Part shown: piece after piece, positions 53,681 to 62,620 of the stretch | Layout of the letters: the number at the start of each line of letters is the position of its first letter | How positions within the stretch are numbered: position 1 is the first letter of the stretch | Assembly (NCBI GenBank): GCA_947259245.1 | Contig: CAMYLP010000003.1 | Location: 27,118-91,117, forward strand | Source of the DNA: an uncultured Patescibacteria group bacterium | GTDB lineage: Bacteria; Patescibacteriota; Minisyncoccia; Phycocordibacterales; UBA12088 | Length of the DNA: 64,000 bases | Direction of reading: 5' to 3' | Notes under the pieces: generated by a model | Seen by the model: the letters and a program-made list of their open reading frames with translations, nothing else | Databases searched by the model: none | What the model was told of the DNA's origin: nothing | Program-made: the position numbers and the translations under genes

Positions 53681-54010
53681 TTACATCCTCCGTGCAAGTG
53701 CAATGACCGAACCCCAGTACTCTGCGGCCTCCCCGTCTACCAAGCGTGCCACTACTAACTCCCCTTCCTGCACGAACACCGAAAGCGTGCCCGTGCAAGG
53801 AGGAACAGCCCTGTCCACCACCAAAACATCATCCCTTCGTATGTCGAGCTTGCCACAGACGTGGAGGTCTCCACCCACGCGTACGAAGAAAGTTGAGGTC
53901 GGATGCGCCACAAAGTGCGCGTCAAGTGAGAGAGGGTTCTTGTACTCGTGTTCGTCACCCTCCTCTCCGAGTTCACGTGGTGATGTTCGTATAAAGGAAA
54001 CTGGCTTCAT
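53681..54010 (-). CDS. UmuD-like S24-fold protein, catalytically degenerate
   Basis: LSLDAHFVAHPTSTFFVRVGGD...DVLVVDRA...YWGSV matches the UmuD core; Ser and Lys positions are substituted. Confidence 0.75.
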   Translation of the reverse strand: MKPVSFIRTSPRELGEEGDEHEYKNPLSLDAHFVAHPTSTFFVRVGGDLHVCGKLDIRRDDVLVVDRAVPPCTGTLSVFVQEGELVVARLVDGEAAEYWGSVIALARRM

Positions 54011-54019
54011 AACACAAGC

Positions 54020-55480
54020 TTACTGAGGCATTGAAATGTGAGCGCTCTGCAGAAGTGCCTCGTCTCTGCTGGTCAGTTCGCGTACCGTTACCTTTGGACG
54101 GCGTTTGCCCAGCTCTCGCGTAAGTATCTTGTATGCGTCGTAATCAAAACGAAACTGTGCCGGAATGAATTCCTCCCACTCGGTACCATTGAAATGAAGT
54201 GCGGCGAGCAGTCGCCACTGGTCGACAATGAAGAGCTCTCCCGTACCATCCACACGCCGCTCGTCGATACCCACAGGCCCTGTGTATGGCCACACGTGCA
54301 TACGGTGCGCCTCGAACGCCTCGCGAAAACGTCTGTTGTAATGGCGGTGCTTCTCCTTTCCTATGCACGCACCCCGACACTGCTCTAATTGTTGTGCAAA
54401 ACACGGCGCCTTTGGAGATGATGCTTTTTCTATACCAAGGAGCTGTGGGCAAAGCTCGTACTCCTTTGCAAGCTGACCGAGTACATCACGTGCCTGCTTT
54501 TTTGTTTTGAAGATGGCAGCAATGTTCTTTTCCTCCCCCAACTCTATGGTATCCGCGTGTGAGAGCTCCGTTACATGATACCCTGCGTCGTTTATATCTT
54601 CGCGTACCAGACAGAGTGCGTGCCGCTCACGCGCCCGTACGTTGTAGACAGGCCCTCGGTCCTTGATCAGGTGCGACTCGAGGAGAAGTGCGCCGACCTC
54701 ACCTGCTGTCTCCCTATACTCAATACGCCGTATCTCGGAGAGCATGTCTTTTCCGCGTCCCGAGAGCCCGTCTTTTGCAAAATGTGAGCGGACCCTCGTG
54801 CGTATTTTGCGACTCTTTCCAATATAAAGAAGTTCGTCATCCTTGCCGTGGAAAAAGTAGACACCTGCACCTTCCGGTAGACTCTGCACCATCTCCTCTT
54901 TTACATGCATCGGTAGCCGTCGCACACGTACCTGTTCCTGCATGACCTCGTGCACATGCTCTATACTTAGTTCTTTGTAGGCAACTTGTAAGAACTGCCA
55001 AAGCACCTTTGCGTCATCAAGTGCTCGGTGCCGGTCACCGGGATCGAGGTCATACCGTTTGATGATGCTGTCGAGATTGTGCCGACGCAACTTCGGGTAG
55101 AGCGCCCTAGAGAGTTTTGCGGTGCAGAGGTACGGGTATGAAAAGGTGATGCCAAGGCGTCGGAACTCCTCAGAGAGGAAGCCGTAGTCAAAAGGAGCAT
55201 TGTGTGCAACGAAGAGCGCTCCCTCAAGAAACTCTGCAACCTCAAGCGCCACCTCGTCGAAGGTGGGCGCGCGTACAAGCATCGAGCTGGCAATACCCGT
55301 AAGTGATGTAATAAATGCCGGTACCGGCATGCCGGGGTCAACGAACGTACGGTACTCCCGTACGATCTCACCCCGCTCCACACGCACAAGACCTACTTCC
55401 ATCACCCGATGATGTCGGGGGCTCGTACCCGTCGTCTCAAGGTCTATAAACACCAGTGGTGTTTTATCGTCTACTTGCAT
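54020..55480 (-). CDS. DEDDh 3'-5' exonuclease (DnaQ-like) fused to a GIY-YIG/Cho-like nuclease
   Basis: DLETTG, AHNAPFD, HRALDDA; GVYFF...LYIGKS; Cys cluster CF...QCRGAC. Confidence 0.9.
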   Translation of the reverse strand: MQVDDKTPLVFIDLETTGTSPRHHRVMEVGLVRVERGEIVREYRTFVDPGMPVPAFITSLTGIASSMLVRAPTFDEVALEVAEFLEGALFVAHNAPFDYGFLSEEFRRLGITFSYPYLCTAKLSRALYPKLRRHNLDSIIKRYDLDPGDRHRALDDAKVLWQFLQVAYKELSIEHVHEVMQEQVRVRRLPMHVKEEMVQSLPEGAGVYFFHGKDDELLYIGKSRKIRTRVRSHFAKDGLSGRGKDMLSEIRRIEYRETAGEVGALLLESHLIKDRGPVYNVRARERHALCLVREDINDAGYHVTELSHADTIELGEEKNIAAIFKTKKQARDVLGQLAKEYELCPQLLGIEKASSPKAPCFAQQLEQCRGACIGKEKHRHYNRRFREAFEAHRMHVWPYTGPVGIDERRVDGTGELFIVDQWRLLAALHFNGTEWEEFIPAQFRFDYDAYKILTRELGKRRPKVTVRELTSRDEALLQSAHISMPQ

Positions 55481-55496
55481 ACAGGCTCAAAGACAT

Positions 55497-55577
55497 AAAA
55501 ACACACGTGTCTGTGTGAGAGACTAAGACTTGGGCAAACGCCCCGGAGTGGTCTCTCATGCAGACATGTGTGTTTTT
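55497..55577 (+). repeat. 81-nt long inverted repeat / hairpin
   Basis: 27-bp arms AAAAACACACGTGTCTGTGTGAGAGAC / GTCTCTCATGCAGACATGTGTGTTTTT with an inner GGGC-AAAC-GCCC stem. Confidence 0.8.
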
Positions 55578-55588
55578 GAAATCTACAT

Positions 55589-56155
55589 TTATGCATATGT
55601 TCTGATAACGCTCCGCACAACACCGCCAACCTCAAGTGACTGCTCGGGATGTAGGTCCGGGTACTCTTCGTTTGCCGCTTCAAGGTACTTACGCCCGCGT
55701 TTCTCACGCAGGTACTTAACCGTCCATTCACCATCAATGCTTGCAACCACGATGTCATTCAATCGTGCGGTCTCTGTGCGCTCTACCAAAAGAAGATCCC
55801 CCTCATAAATACCCGCGTCTATCATAGACTCTCCCTTCACGCGCAATAAATAGAGTTTATCCCGACTCCCTAAGAGGAGCTCGTCCATGGTGACGTGGTC
55901 AAGAGCTATTTCCTCTGCGGGTGTTGGGAACCCCGCTTCGATGTAACCCACCAGTGGCACCTCGTCGCCTAGAGCAAGCGGCACAAGCTTGCCGCGTCCA
56001 TCCTTACGGACAACGCCTGCGTCTATCAGTTTTTCAACCACCTTTGCAACGGCGTTCTTTGAGGCAAAGCCGAAAAGAGCACACATCTCGCTGTAGCCCG
56101 GCATTCGTTTGTGCTTTCGATAAAAAGTCTGCAGCTGTTTCTTATACTGTTCCAT
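55589..56155 (-). CDS. lexA: LexA-family SOS repressor
   Basis: N-terminal wHTH (MPGYSEM...GFASKNAV), AG cleavage site (IEAGFP), catalytic GESM and TVK. Confidence 0.88.
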   Translation of the reverse strand: MEQYKKQLQTFYRKHKRMPGYSEMCALFGFASKNAVAKVVEKLIDAGVVRKDGRGKLVPLALGDEVPLVGYIEAGFPTPAEEIALDHVTMDELLLGSRDKLYLLRVKGESMIDAGIYEGDLLLVERTETARLNDIVVASIDGEWTVKYLREKRGRKYLEAANEEYPDLHPEQSLEVGGVVRSVIRTYA

Positions 56156-56181
56156 ATATCTACTATACCGAGGTTGCTGTG

Positions 56182-56448
56182 CTACGCCACACCAAAGCCG
56201 AGTACACGGCTCATCACGCCGCGACTGAGACTGCGGTGCACGGGACTCTTCACGCGCCGCAGGGTCTTGGCGCGCTTAGGGACCAGTATTGTATCTTCCT
56301 CGTTCATACTTCGGAGTGTCGCGAGAAGCTCTTTATGGTGGCGAGCTTCCTTCTGGAAGGACTGTCCCCTGATGATCTTGCGGTCAATGCGGTCGTTTAT
56401 CTTTTCGAGTTCCTTGTGGATCTCTTTAGAAAGTGTGCTTTTGCTCAT
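56182..56448 (-). CDS. small basic hypothetical protein, first gene of the SOS locus
   Basis: 88-aa ORF directly after the operator-containing promoter and upstream of lexA. Confidence 0.7.
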   Translation of the reverse strand: MSKSTLSKEIHKELEKINDRIDRKIIRGQSFQKEARHHKELLATLRSMNEEDTILVPKRAKTLRRVKSPVHRSLSRGVMSRVLGFGVA

Positions 56449-56477
56449 ATGCCTGTGCGTTACCCTTGTATGCTTTC

Positions 56478-56506
56478 ATTGTAGGTGAACGTTCGTTCAC
56501 CGTCAA
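56478..56506 (-). promoter_or_regulatory. sigma70 promoter with a putative SOS box filling the spacer
   Basis: TTGACG-17-TACAAT; palindrome GGTGAAC-N4-GTTCACC (56484-56501) contains GAAC-N4-GTTC. Confidence 0.8.
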
Positions 56507-56616
56507 GCACAGGTGTCTGTATATGATGTTTATACGTACGTTACTGTAATTCTGTCAAACTTCCCGCCCCGGGTTCGTTCGCTCGATACATCATCGTTTG
56601 TGTTACTATGTGTGAC

Positions 56617-57195
56617 ATGAAAAAGTCAACGCTGACAACGGCACTTATCCTATCACTGACGCTCAACGTGCTGTTGTATCATCAGCTTTCACAGAAGGAC
56701 TCGCCTATCAACGACCCCGGCTCGAATGCACCGACGAAGGTAATAACGGAGGTAGAACCACCTACCCTTCCACGGTCAGGAAGCTATCCTTTCATTCGGG
56801 TAGTAGACGGGGATACCATAACTGTTGGTATCGAAGGTCGCACGGAGTTTGTTCGTCTTATCGGCATCGACTCTCCCGAGCCGAATGACCCGGGTGGTGC
56901 CGAATGTTATGCGAATGAGGCAACGAACCACATGCGCGAGCTTACCCGTACCGGCACTGTTGCACTCTACTTCGATGAATCACAAGGTACCCGTGATACA
57001 TATGGACGACTGCTCGCGTACGTTGAACTGCCTGATGGTACTGATATTGGCGCGGCAATGGTGCGGGATGGATATGCACGAGAGTACACGTACGATGAGC
57101 GATACGAGCGCGCAAACGTCTACCGTGCTGCAGAGTTGGAAGCGATCGAGGCAGAACGTGGACTGTGGGCGCCATCTGCGTGCAACACAAACTAG
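56617..57195 (+). CDS. membrane-anchored thermonuclease (SNase family)
   Basis: N-terminal TM; RVVDGDTI, VRLIGIDSPE, DTYGRLLAYV, RGLW. Confidence 0.93.
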   Translation: MKKSTLTTALILSLTLNVLLYHQLSQKDSPINDPGSNAPTKVITEVEPPTLPRSGSYPFIRVVDGDTITVGIEGRTEFVRLIGIDSPEPNDPGGAECYANEATNHMRELTRTGTVALYFDESQGTRDTYGRLLAYVELPDGTDIGAAMVRDGYAREYTYDERYERANVYRAAELEAIEAERGLWAPSACNTN

Positions 57196-57244
57196 ACATT
57201 AATAAAACCGACCCAGTATAAACTGGGCCGGGTTGTTGGATTGC

Positions 57245-57478
57245 TTAGCTGCCTGCGTGGCACCGCTCTTCGAGAGCGGGGAGTGTCGTCAGCAGTGCGA
57301 ATCCTACCAAAGCACTGAGACCGATGTGAACACCCCACTTTGCAGTGCTTAGCAAGCCGGGGTTTGCAGTTGCAGCGAGCGTTACCGCAAGTGCGACAAG
57401 CATCGCGACAACTACGACAGCAATGACCATCCTGTACACGCAACATGCACGTACCGGACACTTTGCTGGACTAGCCAT
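57245..57478 (-). CDS. small two-TM, Cys-rich orphan protein (77 aa)
   Basis: SD GGAGGTG, two hydrophobic segments, downstream hairpin at 57204-57240. Confidence 0.6.
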   Translation of the reverse strand: MASPAKCPVRACCVYRMVIAVVVVAMLVALAVTLAATANPGLLSTAKWGVHIGLSALVGFALLTTLPALEERCHAGS

Positions 57479-57523
57479 GATACACCTCCGATTAAAAATG
57501 AAAGAAAAGGTCAGAAACTGACC

Positions 57524-57574
57524 TCATACTATCGCAGATGCGCAAAGGGTCAATACATTCAACCTGCACAACAT
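57524..57574 (-). other. putative 16-aa leader peptide MLCRLNVLTLCASAIV
   Basis: Preceded by TTGACA-16-TATGAT and SD GAGGAGAGGGGG; the stop codon overlaps a terminator-like hairpin. Confidence 0.35.
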
Positions 57575-57731
57575 GCTACCCCCTCTCCTCGATATGTGAC
57601 GATGTGGCGGCAATTATGCCGCTCAGTAACTGCCAATATCATACCACTTATAAACTATATGTCAAGCTTATCCGGTACAGCGCAAGAGACATCGTTCGAC
57701 ATTTTCATCCCTGAGTGAAACCGGTCGAATC

Positions 57732-58262
57732 TTACGCATGCTTCCTGAGTGCAGCAACCATGCTTTCGACATAGTGTATCGTTTTCTCTTCCAAGAAGTT
57801 GCCCTGCTCTGTGACCGCCTCTGCTGCATGTGATATATGAACCGCGTCACGTATGGGTACCATCTTCAGTTCAATGAGCACCGGCTTGATGTGGTCGACA
57901 ACTCGTGCACCTCCAAGGCTGCCGGACGACACACCAACAAGACCAACAGGCTTGTTGGTGTAGTCATCCCACAGCGAATCAAGTAGGAGCTTCAGCTCCC
58001 CCGGGTAACCGTGATTGTACTCGGGCACAACTAACATGAAGGCATGAGCTTTCTCTGCAATTGCTTTCCAAGCGGTCGGCGTTGTGTCAGCGCCGCCATC
58101 ACCCCACGGCGGTATGGTTGCCGCTTGGTGTACGTGGTCTCGTACATCAACCAGCTCTGTGGTCACATCTCTTTGCTGTGAGACAACATCATGCACTGCA
58201 CGAGCTATCATCTCTGATGAGCGATTGATGCGAGCGGTGCCGAGTACTACTGGTATGTGCAT
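57732..58262 (-). CDS. NADPH-dependent FMN reductase
   Basis: VLGTAR, VPEYNHGYPGELKLLLD, KPVGLVGVSSGSLGGAR. Confidence 0.9.
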   Translation of the reverse strand: MHIPVVLGTARINRSSEMIARAVHDVVSQQRDVTTELVDVRDHVHQAATIPPWGDGGADTTPTAWKAIAEKAHAFMLVVPEYNHGYPGELKLLLDSLWDDYTNKPVGLVGVSSGSLGGARVVDHIKPVLIELKMVPIRDAVHISHAAEAVTEQGNFLEEKTIHYVESMVAALRKHA

Positions 58263-58277
58263 ATAAGAATATGTGTG

Positions 58278-58751
58278 CTATGTACCTTGTAGCTCATCTA
58301 TTGCTTTCAGCACTTCCTCTGCGTGCCCCACGGGCTTCACTTTCTCCCATACGTGCACAATAGTTCCCTTCGGGTCAAGGAGAAAGGTTGAGCGCGAAGT
58401 GCCCATGTACTCACGTCCCATGAACTTCTTTTCTCCCCACGTACCAAACGCCTCCATCAGCGCATGTGTTTCGTCCGACACAAGGGTGAAGTTGAGCTCC
58501 TTCTTCTCAACGAACTTCTGGTGCGATGCGCACGTGTCTTTACTGACACCAAGTATCACCGCGCCTTTCTTCTTGAATACGTCCTGCTTGTCACGAAATC
58601 CCTCAGCTTCCACCGTGCAACCGGGGGTATTATCGCGTGGGTAAAAGTAAACTACCACCCATGAGCCTGCGTGGTCTTGTAGCGTAAATGTCTCACCCTG
58701 TTCGTCCGTTAGCAGTAGCGAAAGCGGTGCTTTGTCTCCTTTGTGTAACAT
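58278..58751 (-). CDS. bcp: peroxiredoxin BCP/PrxQ
   Basis: YFYPRDNTPGCTVEA, RSTFL. Confidence 0.93.
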   Translation of the reverse strand: MLHKGDKAPLSLLLTDEQGETFTLQDHAGSWVVVYFYPRDNTPGCTVEAEGFRDKQDVFKKKGAVILGVSKDTCASHQKFVEKKELNFTLVSDETHALMEAFGTWGEKKFMGREYMGTSRSTFLLDPKGTIVHVWEKVKPVGHAEEVLKAIDELQGT

Positions 58752-58776
58752 ATGTATATCTCTTGTGAACTGATAA

Positions 58777-59619
58777 TTACTGTTCACCGTGTATGACACC
58801 GAGTCGATCATCTTCTATCTCTATGTACCCCGCCGCGCTGCTCTCAACACACAAGCGCACCAAGTATTGTGTGTTTGAGAGTGCATCCGTCGTTAGTCGG
58901 TAATACTCACGTGGAAGTCGGGCAATAGCCAGCGCAACCGTCTCTGTCTCATATCGGGTCGTCGGCAGCTCAGGAAGTTGTTCGACGGGATTTGTGGTGA
59001 ACGTTGTGCTCTCCAGACTGTACGCAACACCGTACTCGGTCTGCACTCCGTACGATACCACGAGACCTGTTTCCACATCTATCACTGCATGGTCCTGACA
59101 GCCGGTACCGCACTCCCACTCTGCTACGGCAAACTTCCCCGCGAACGTCGGGCCAGCGCGGAGCGCATTACGTAATACTGAGTGCTGCGTGGCTGCTTCC
59201 GGAAAAATTGAAAAGTCGGGCTCTGCTGCCGGCCCACCCTCATAGTACACAAGCTCTGCATCTGTTGATGTTGCGCGTCGACTTTCTTGCCTCTCGAGCA
59301 CCTCATTACAGGTAAGTGGTCGACCCTGCACAGCTCGTATCTCCTCCGCTCGTTTATACACACCACCCACTTCACGCACGGCACCCCACATCCAGACCAC
59401 ATAGTCGCCGGCACAGGTATGCACAAGGCGTCCCATCGGATACCAACGCACAGAGAGCCCCTCTTGCAGAAGTTCATCGTCACTGTCATAGCAAGCACTC
59501 GGAAATGGACCGAATGCCTCAAAGACGGATGCAGCGAGTGCTCCCGATCCGTCGTTGTCCATCCATGGCGCCCAAACAAGAACTGACAGCAGGATTACTA
59601 GTATCAGGGTGCGTATCAT
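58777..59619 (-). CDS. exported hypothetical protein
   Basis: N-terminal hydrophobic segment; GPTFAGKFAVAEWECGTGCQ motif. Confidence 0.7.
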   Translation of the reverse strand: MIRTLILVILLSVLVWAPWMDNDGSGALAASVFEAFGPFPSACYDSDDELLQEGLSVRWYPMGRLVHTCAGDYVVWMWGAVREVGGVYKRAEEIRAVQGRPLTCNEVLERQESRRATSTDAELVYYEGGPAAEPDFSIFPEAATQHSVLRNALRAGPTFAGKFAVAEWECGTGCQDHAVIDVETGLVVSYGVQTEYGVAYSLESTTFTTNPVEQLPELPTTRYETETVALAIARLPREYYRLTTDALSNTQYLVRLCVESSAAGYIEIEDDRLGVIHGEQ

Positions 59620-59668
59620 ATCGACAGTATATCAAAGACAAGTGTCGTGGGGTTTAGACACCTCCGTG

Positions 59669-60574
59669 CTATTCAAAAAGTGCCTCGATGCCGCTTGATG
59701 GAACATCACACAGCACGACCTCATTAATCGGCATGTTGAGCTGCTCTGCCAAGTAGGTTCGTACTTCGAGTTCACCTCCAACCGTATCAACGAGTCCGAT
59801 TTCGCTACCCTGCTCGCCAAGAAACATGCGGCCGTCCGAGATGTCCGCATGCTCCTCAACAGACAGGAGCGGACGCATGTTTGTGATGCGCTTCAGCATG
59901 TAGTCATGGACTGCGTCGACCTGTACCTGTAGGTACTCATGTTCATCTTCGGCGAGCGTGCGGTCGGGGTTACCCGCATCTTTGAACGACCCGCTTGAGA
60001 GGTCGATCCACCGGGAACCCTCTTCCTCATTCGCACCCGCAAGCTCTACATAACTCATGGTGACACCAATGGAACCGACCGCACTTATGGGACTTGCGAC
60101 TATGTGGTCCGTTCCTGCCGCCACCCAGTATGCTGCACTAGCGCCAAGGTCTCGTATCAACGCAACTGTCGGCTTGCTTGTATTTTGCAGTGCACGCGCC
60201 ACGTCATCGGCAGCCACAGGCGTTCCTCCCGGTGAGTCGATGTCGATGACCATCGCGTGCACGGTACTATTCTGCTCTGCGGTTTCTATGGACTTTATGA
60301 GAGAACGCGCTCCGGTCAGCGCTCCGAAGCCAAGTAGTTGTGCAAAACCGTCATCGTTGCTGGTGATGACGCCGTATACCGGAATTGTGGCGATGTTGCA
60401 TGACCTATCTCCCTCACCGTCGAGCATGCTCAGTATGCTCAATAGGACAACGACAAACACCAACCAAAATACTGCTGCGGGGAGCCCTACAAATAGAGCA
60501 AAGACCGCAGTCCCCTTGCGCGACCAAATGCCAGGTTCCATGTGCTGTGTGTGAGATTCTGGTGCAGCTTCCAT
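59669..60574 (-). CDS. sppA: signal peptide peptidase SppA (S49)
   Basis: IDSPGG, ASAAYW, GSIGV, SGSFKD, GLVD. Confidence 0.9.
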   Translation of the reverse strand: MEAAPESHTQHMEPGIWSRKGTAVFALFVGLPAAVFWLVFVVVLLSILSMLDGEGDRSCNIATIPVYGVITSNDDGFAQLLGFGALTGARSLIKSIETAEQNSTVHAMVIDIDSPGGTPVAADDVARALQNTSKPTVALIRDLGASAAYWVAAGTDHIVASPISAVGSIGVTMSYVELAGANEEEGSRWIDLSSGSFKDAGNPDRTLAEDEHEYLQVQVDAVHDYMLKRITNMRPLLSVEEHADISDGRMFLGEQGSEIGLVDTVGGELEVRTYLAEQLNMPINEVVLCDVPSSGIEALFE

Positions 60575-60656
60575 GTCATGCTACTATACCATCTATCCGC
60601 TGTTATACAGCGCTCGCGCTCTGACAGTACCATAAGAACCTAACAACACCGTCATC

Positions 60657-62108
60657 ATGCCCACATCATCAAAGAAGAAGCGACTGTTCAGTTGTGTATC
60701 TAAGACCAAGGTCGTTGCAACACTGGGTCCGAGCAGTAACAGCGAAGCGACAATTGAAAAAATGCTACGGGCCGGCATGACCGTCGCCCGCTTCAATATG
60801 AGCCACGGTGATCACGCTACGCACGCTCGAACGATCAGGGCAGCACGTGCGGCATCAAAGCGCGCGGGTATTCCACTCGCTATATTGCAGGACCTTGCGG
60901 GACCAAAAATACGTATCGGTGACCTGTACAAGGAGGAGATCATTCTACGTGATGGAACACGATTTACGTTGACCACAAAGAGGTGCATAGGGACTGAAAC
61001 ACGTGTGCATGTGAGTTATAAGAGGTTACCGAATGAGGTTCGACGTGGAACGTATATATTCGTAAACGACGGTAAGATACAATTGCGCGTGGTCAGAACA
61101 AGTGAGACCGAGGTACATACCGTGGTCGTCAACGGCGGAAGCATACGCGGTAGACGCGGTGTCAACGTTCCTAACTCACACCTATCGGTCCCCGCTCTTA
61201 CCTCGAAAGACAAAAAGGACGTTTTGTTTGGCATAGAACAGGGTGTGGATATTGTCACTCTTTCGTTCGTGCGAACAGCTAGAGATGTCGCACGATTGCG
61301 AGCGATGCTCAAGGACTACCCACACGTAATGGTGGCTGCAAAGATAGAAACGAAGGCCGCGGTTGACAACATAGACGACATAATCGACGCAGCGGACGCG
61401 GTCATGGTGGCACGTGGCGACCTTGCCATAGAGGTTCCCCCAGAGAAGGTACCACTAGTGCAAAAGAGTATAATACGGGCGGCAAACCGAGCGGGTAAAC
61501 CAGTAATAACAGCGACGCAGATGTTGGATAGTATGCGGGTTTCGACTGTACCGACACGGGCGGAGGTAAATGATATCGCAAATGCAATACTTGACGGTAC
61601 AGACGCTGTCATGCTTTCGGATGAGACAGCGGTGGGAGCTCACCCGGCACGGGCAGTCTCTGTTATGGCGCGAGTAGCGCAGGAGATGGAGTCGAGTGAG
61701 CACTTCCGTGAGTTACAGCCGCTGTGGGACTTTAAACCACGCACGCGTTGCGACGCAGTCAGCAGGAGTATCTCGAAAACAGCGTTGGCGTCCGGTGCGC
61801 GAGCAATCGTCGCGTTTTCTGAAAGCGGATATACAGGACGTATGGTCGCGCGGTATAGGCCGCTCGTTCCAATTCTAGTGCTCACGCCGAATAGAGAAAC
61901 CTTCAACAAAAGTCTCCTCACCTATGGGTGTATACCTGTGCTCGTGCGTAGAGTGAAACACCTCACCGACGCACGAAAATGCGCGCATGCGGTGCTGCAC
62001 GACCTCAAGTTGTGTAAAGCGGACGATATCTTTGTCCTTGGTGCCGGCATTCCGTTCGGAGAGCCGGGCAGTACAAACATGATGCTGGTGGAACGACAGA
62101 GGCATTAA
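60657..62108 (+). CDS. pyk: pyruvate kinase
   Basis: TKVVATLGPSS, RFNMSHG, DLAGPKIR, AKIE, MVARGDL, TQMLDSM, PTRAEVND. Confidence 0.98.
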   Translation: MPTSSKKKRLFSCVSKTKVVATLGPSSNSEATIEKMLRAGMTVARFNMSHGDHATHARTIRAARAASKRAGIPLAILQDLAGPKIRIGDLYKEEIILRDGTRFTLTTKRCIGTETRVHVSYKRLPNEVRRGTYIFVNDGKIQLRVVRTSETEVHTVVVNGGSIRGRRGVNVPNSHLSVPALTSKDKKDVLFGIEQGVDIVTLSFVRTARDVARLRAMLKDYPHVMVAAKIETKAAVDNIDDIIDAADAVMVARGDLAIEVPPEKVPLVQKSIIRAANRAGKPVITATQMLDSMRVSTVPTRAEVNDIANAILDGTDAVMLSDETAVGAHPARAVSVMARVAQEMESSEHFRELQPLWDFKPRTRCDAVSRSISKTALASGARAIVAFSESGYTGRMVARYRPLVPILVLTPNRETFNKSLLTYGCIPVLVRRVKHLTDARKCAHAVLHDLKLCKADDIFVLGAGIPFGEPGSTNMMLVERQRH

Positions 62109-62198
62109 TATTACACGACAAATCCTGCGGTGCGTACACCGAACGTGCGCAGTATACTTTTAACAGACGATACTGTCTGAAACAAGTGAGGTGTCATC

Positions 62199-62570
62199 AT
62201 GTACAGCAAGATTCTTGATACACTTTTTCCGTACGGCGCTCCGAGTTTCATCGACGAAACAGATTGGAACATCATGCACACCACCGCAGACCTTATGGGT
62301 GGTAGTCTGAGATTGACAGGCGAATCTCGCAAGATAATCTTGAGTACGTTCGATGTATCTTCCGACCGTGCTTGGTACTGTGAGCAAACTGTGCGTCTCT
62401 TCTTTTCGCTGCTGCAGGAACGTGAACGAGCGTGTCGACAGGTAGAGCAGTTCAAGGATGAGGAAGGTAGCCCCGCACGGACGGCACATACCCTCTTTTG
62501 TTTGACCAGGTCTCAGACCACAGGAGTTCCACCATCATGGCATACGGTGACAATAGGCATATATCACTGA
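62199..62570 (+). CDS. hypothetical orphan protein (123 aa)
   Basis: SD GAGGTG, upstream TATACT, downstream terminator. Confidence 0.55.
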   Translation: MYSKILDTLFPYGAPSFIDETDWNIMHTTADLMGGSLRLTGESRKIILSTFDVSSDRAWYCEQTVRLFFSLLQERERACRQVEQFKDEEGSPARTAHTLFCLTRSQTTGVPPSWHTVTIGIYH

Positions 62571-62592
62571 TAGTACCCGCACCACTCCAATA

Positions 62593-62620
62593 AGACGGCG
62601 CCCACTCGGCGCCGTCTATT
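62593..62620. terminator. terminator between the convergent genes
   Basis: AGACGGCGCC-cactc-GGCGCCGTCT. Confidence 0.7.
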
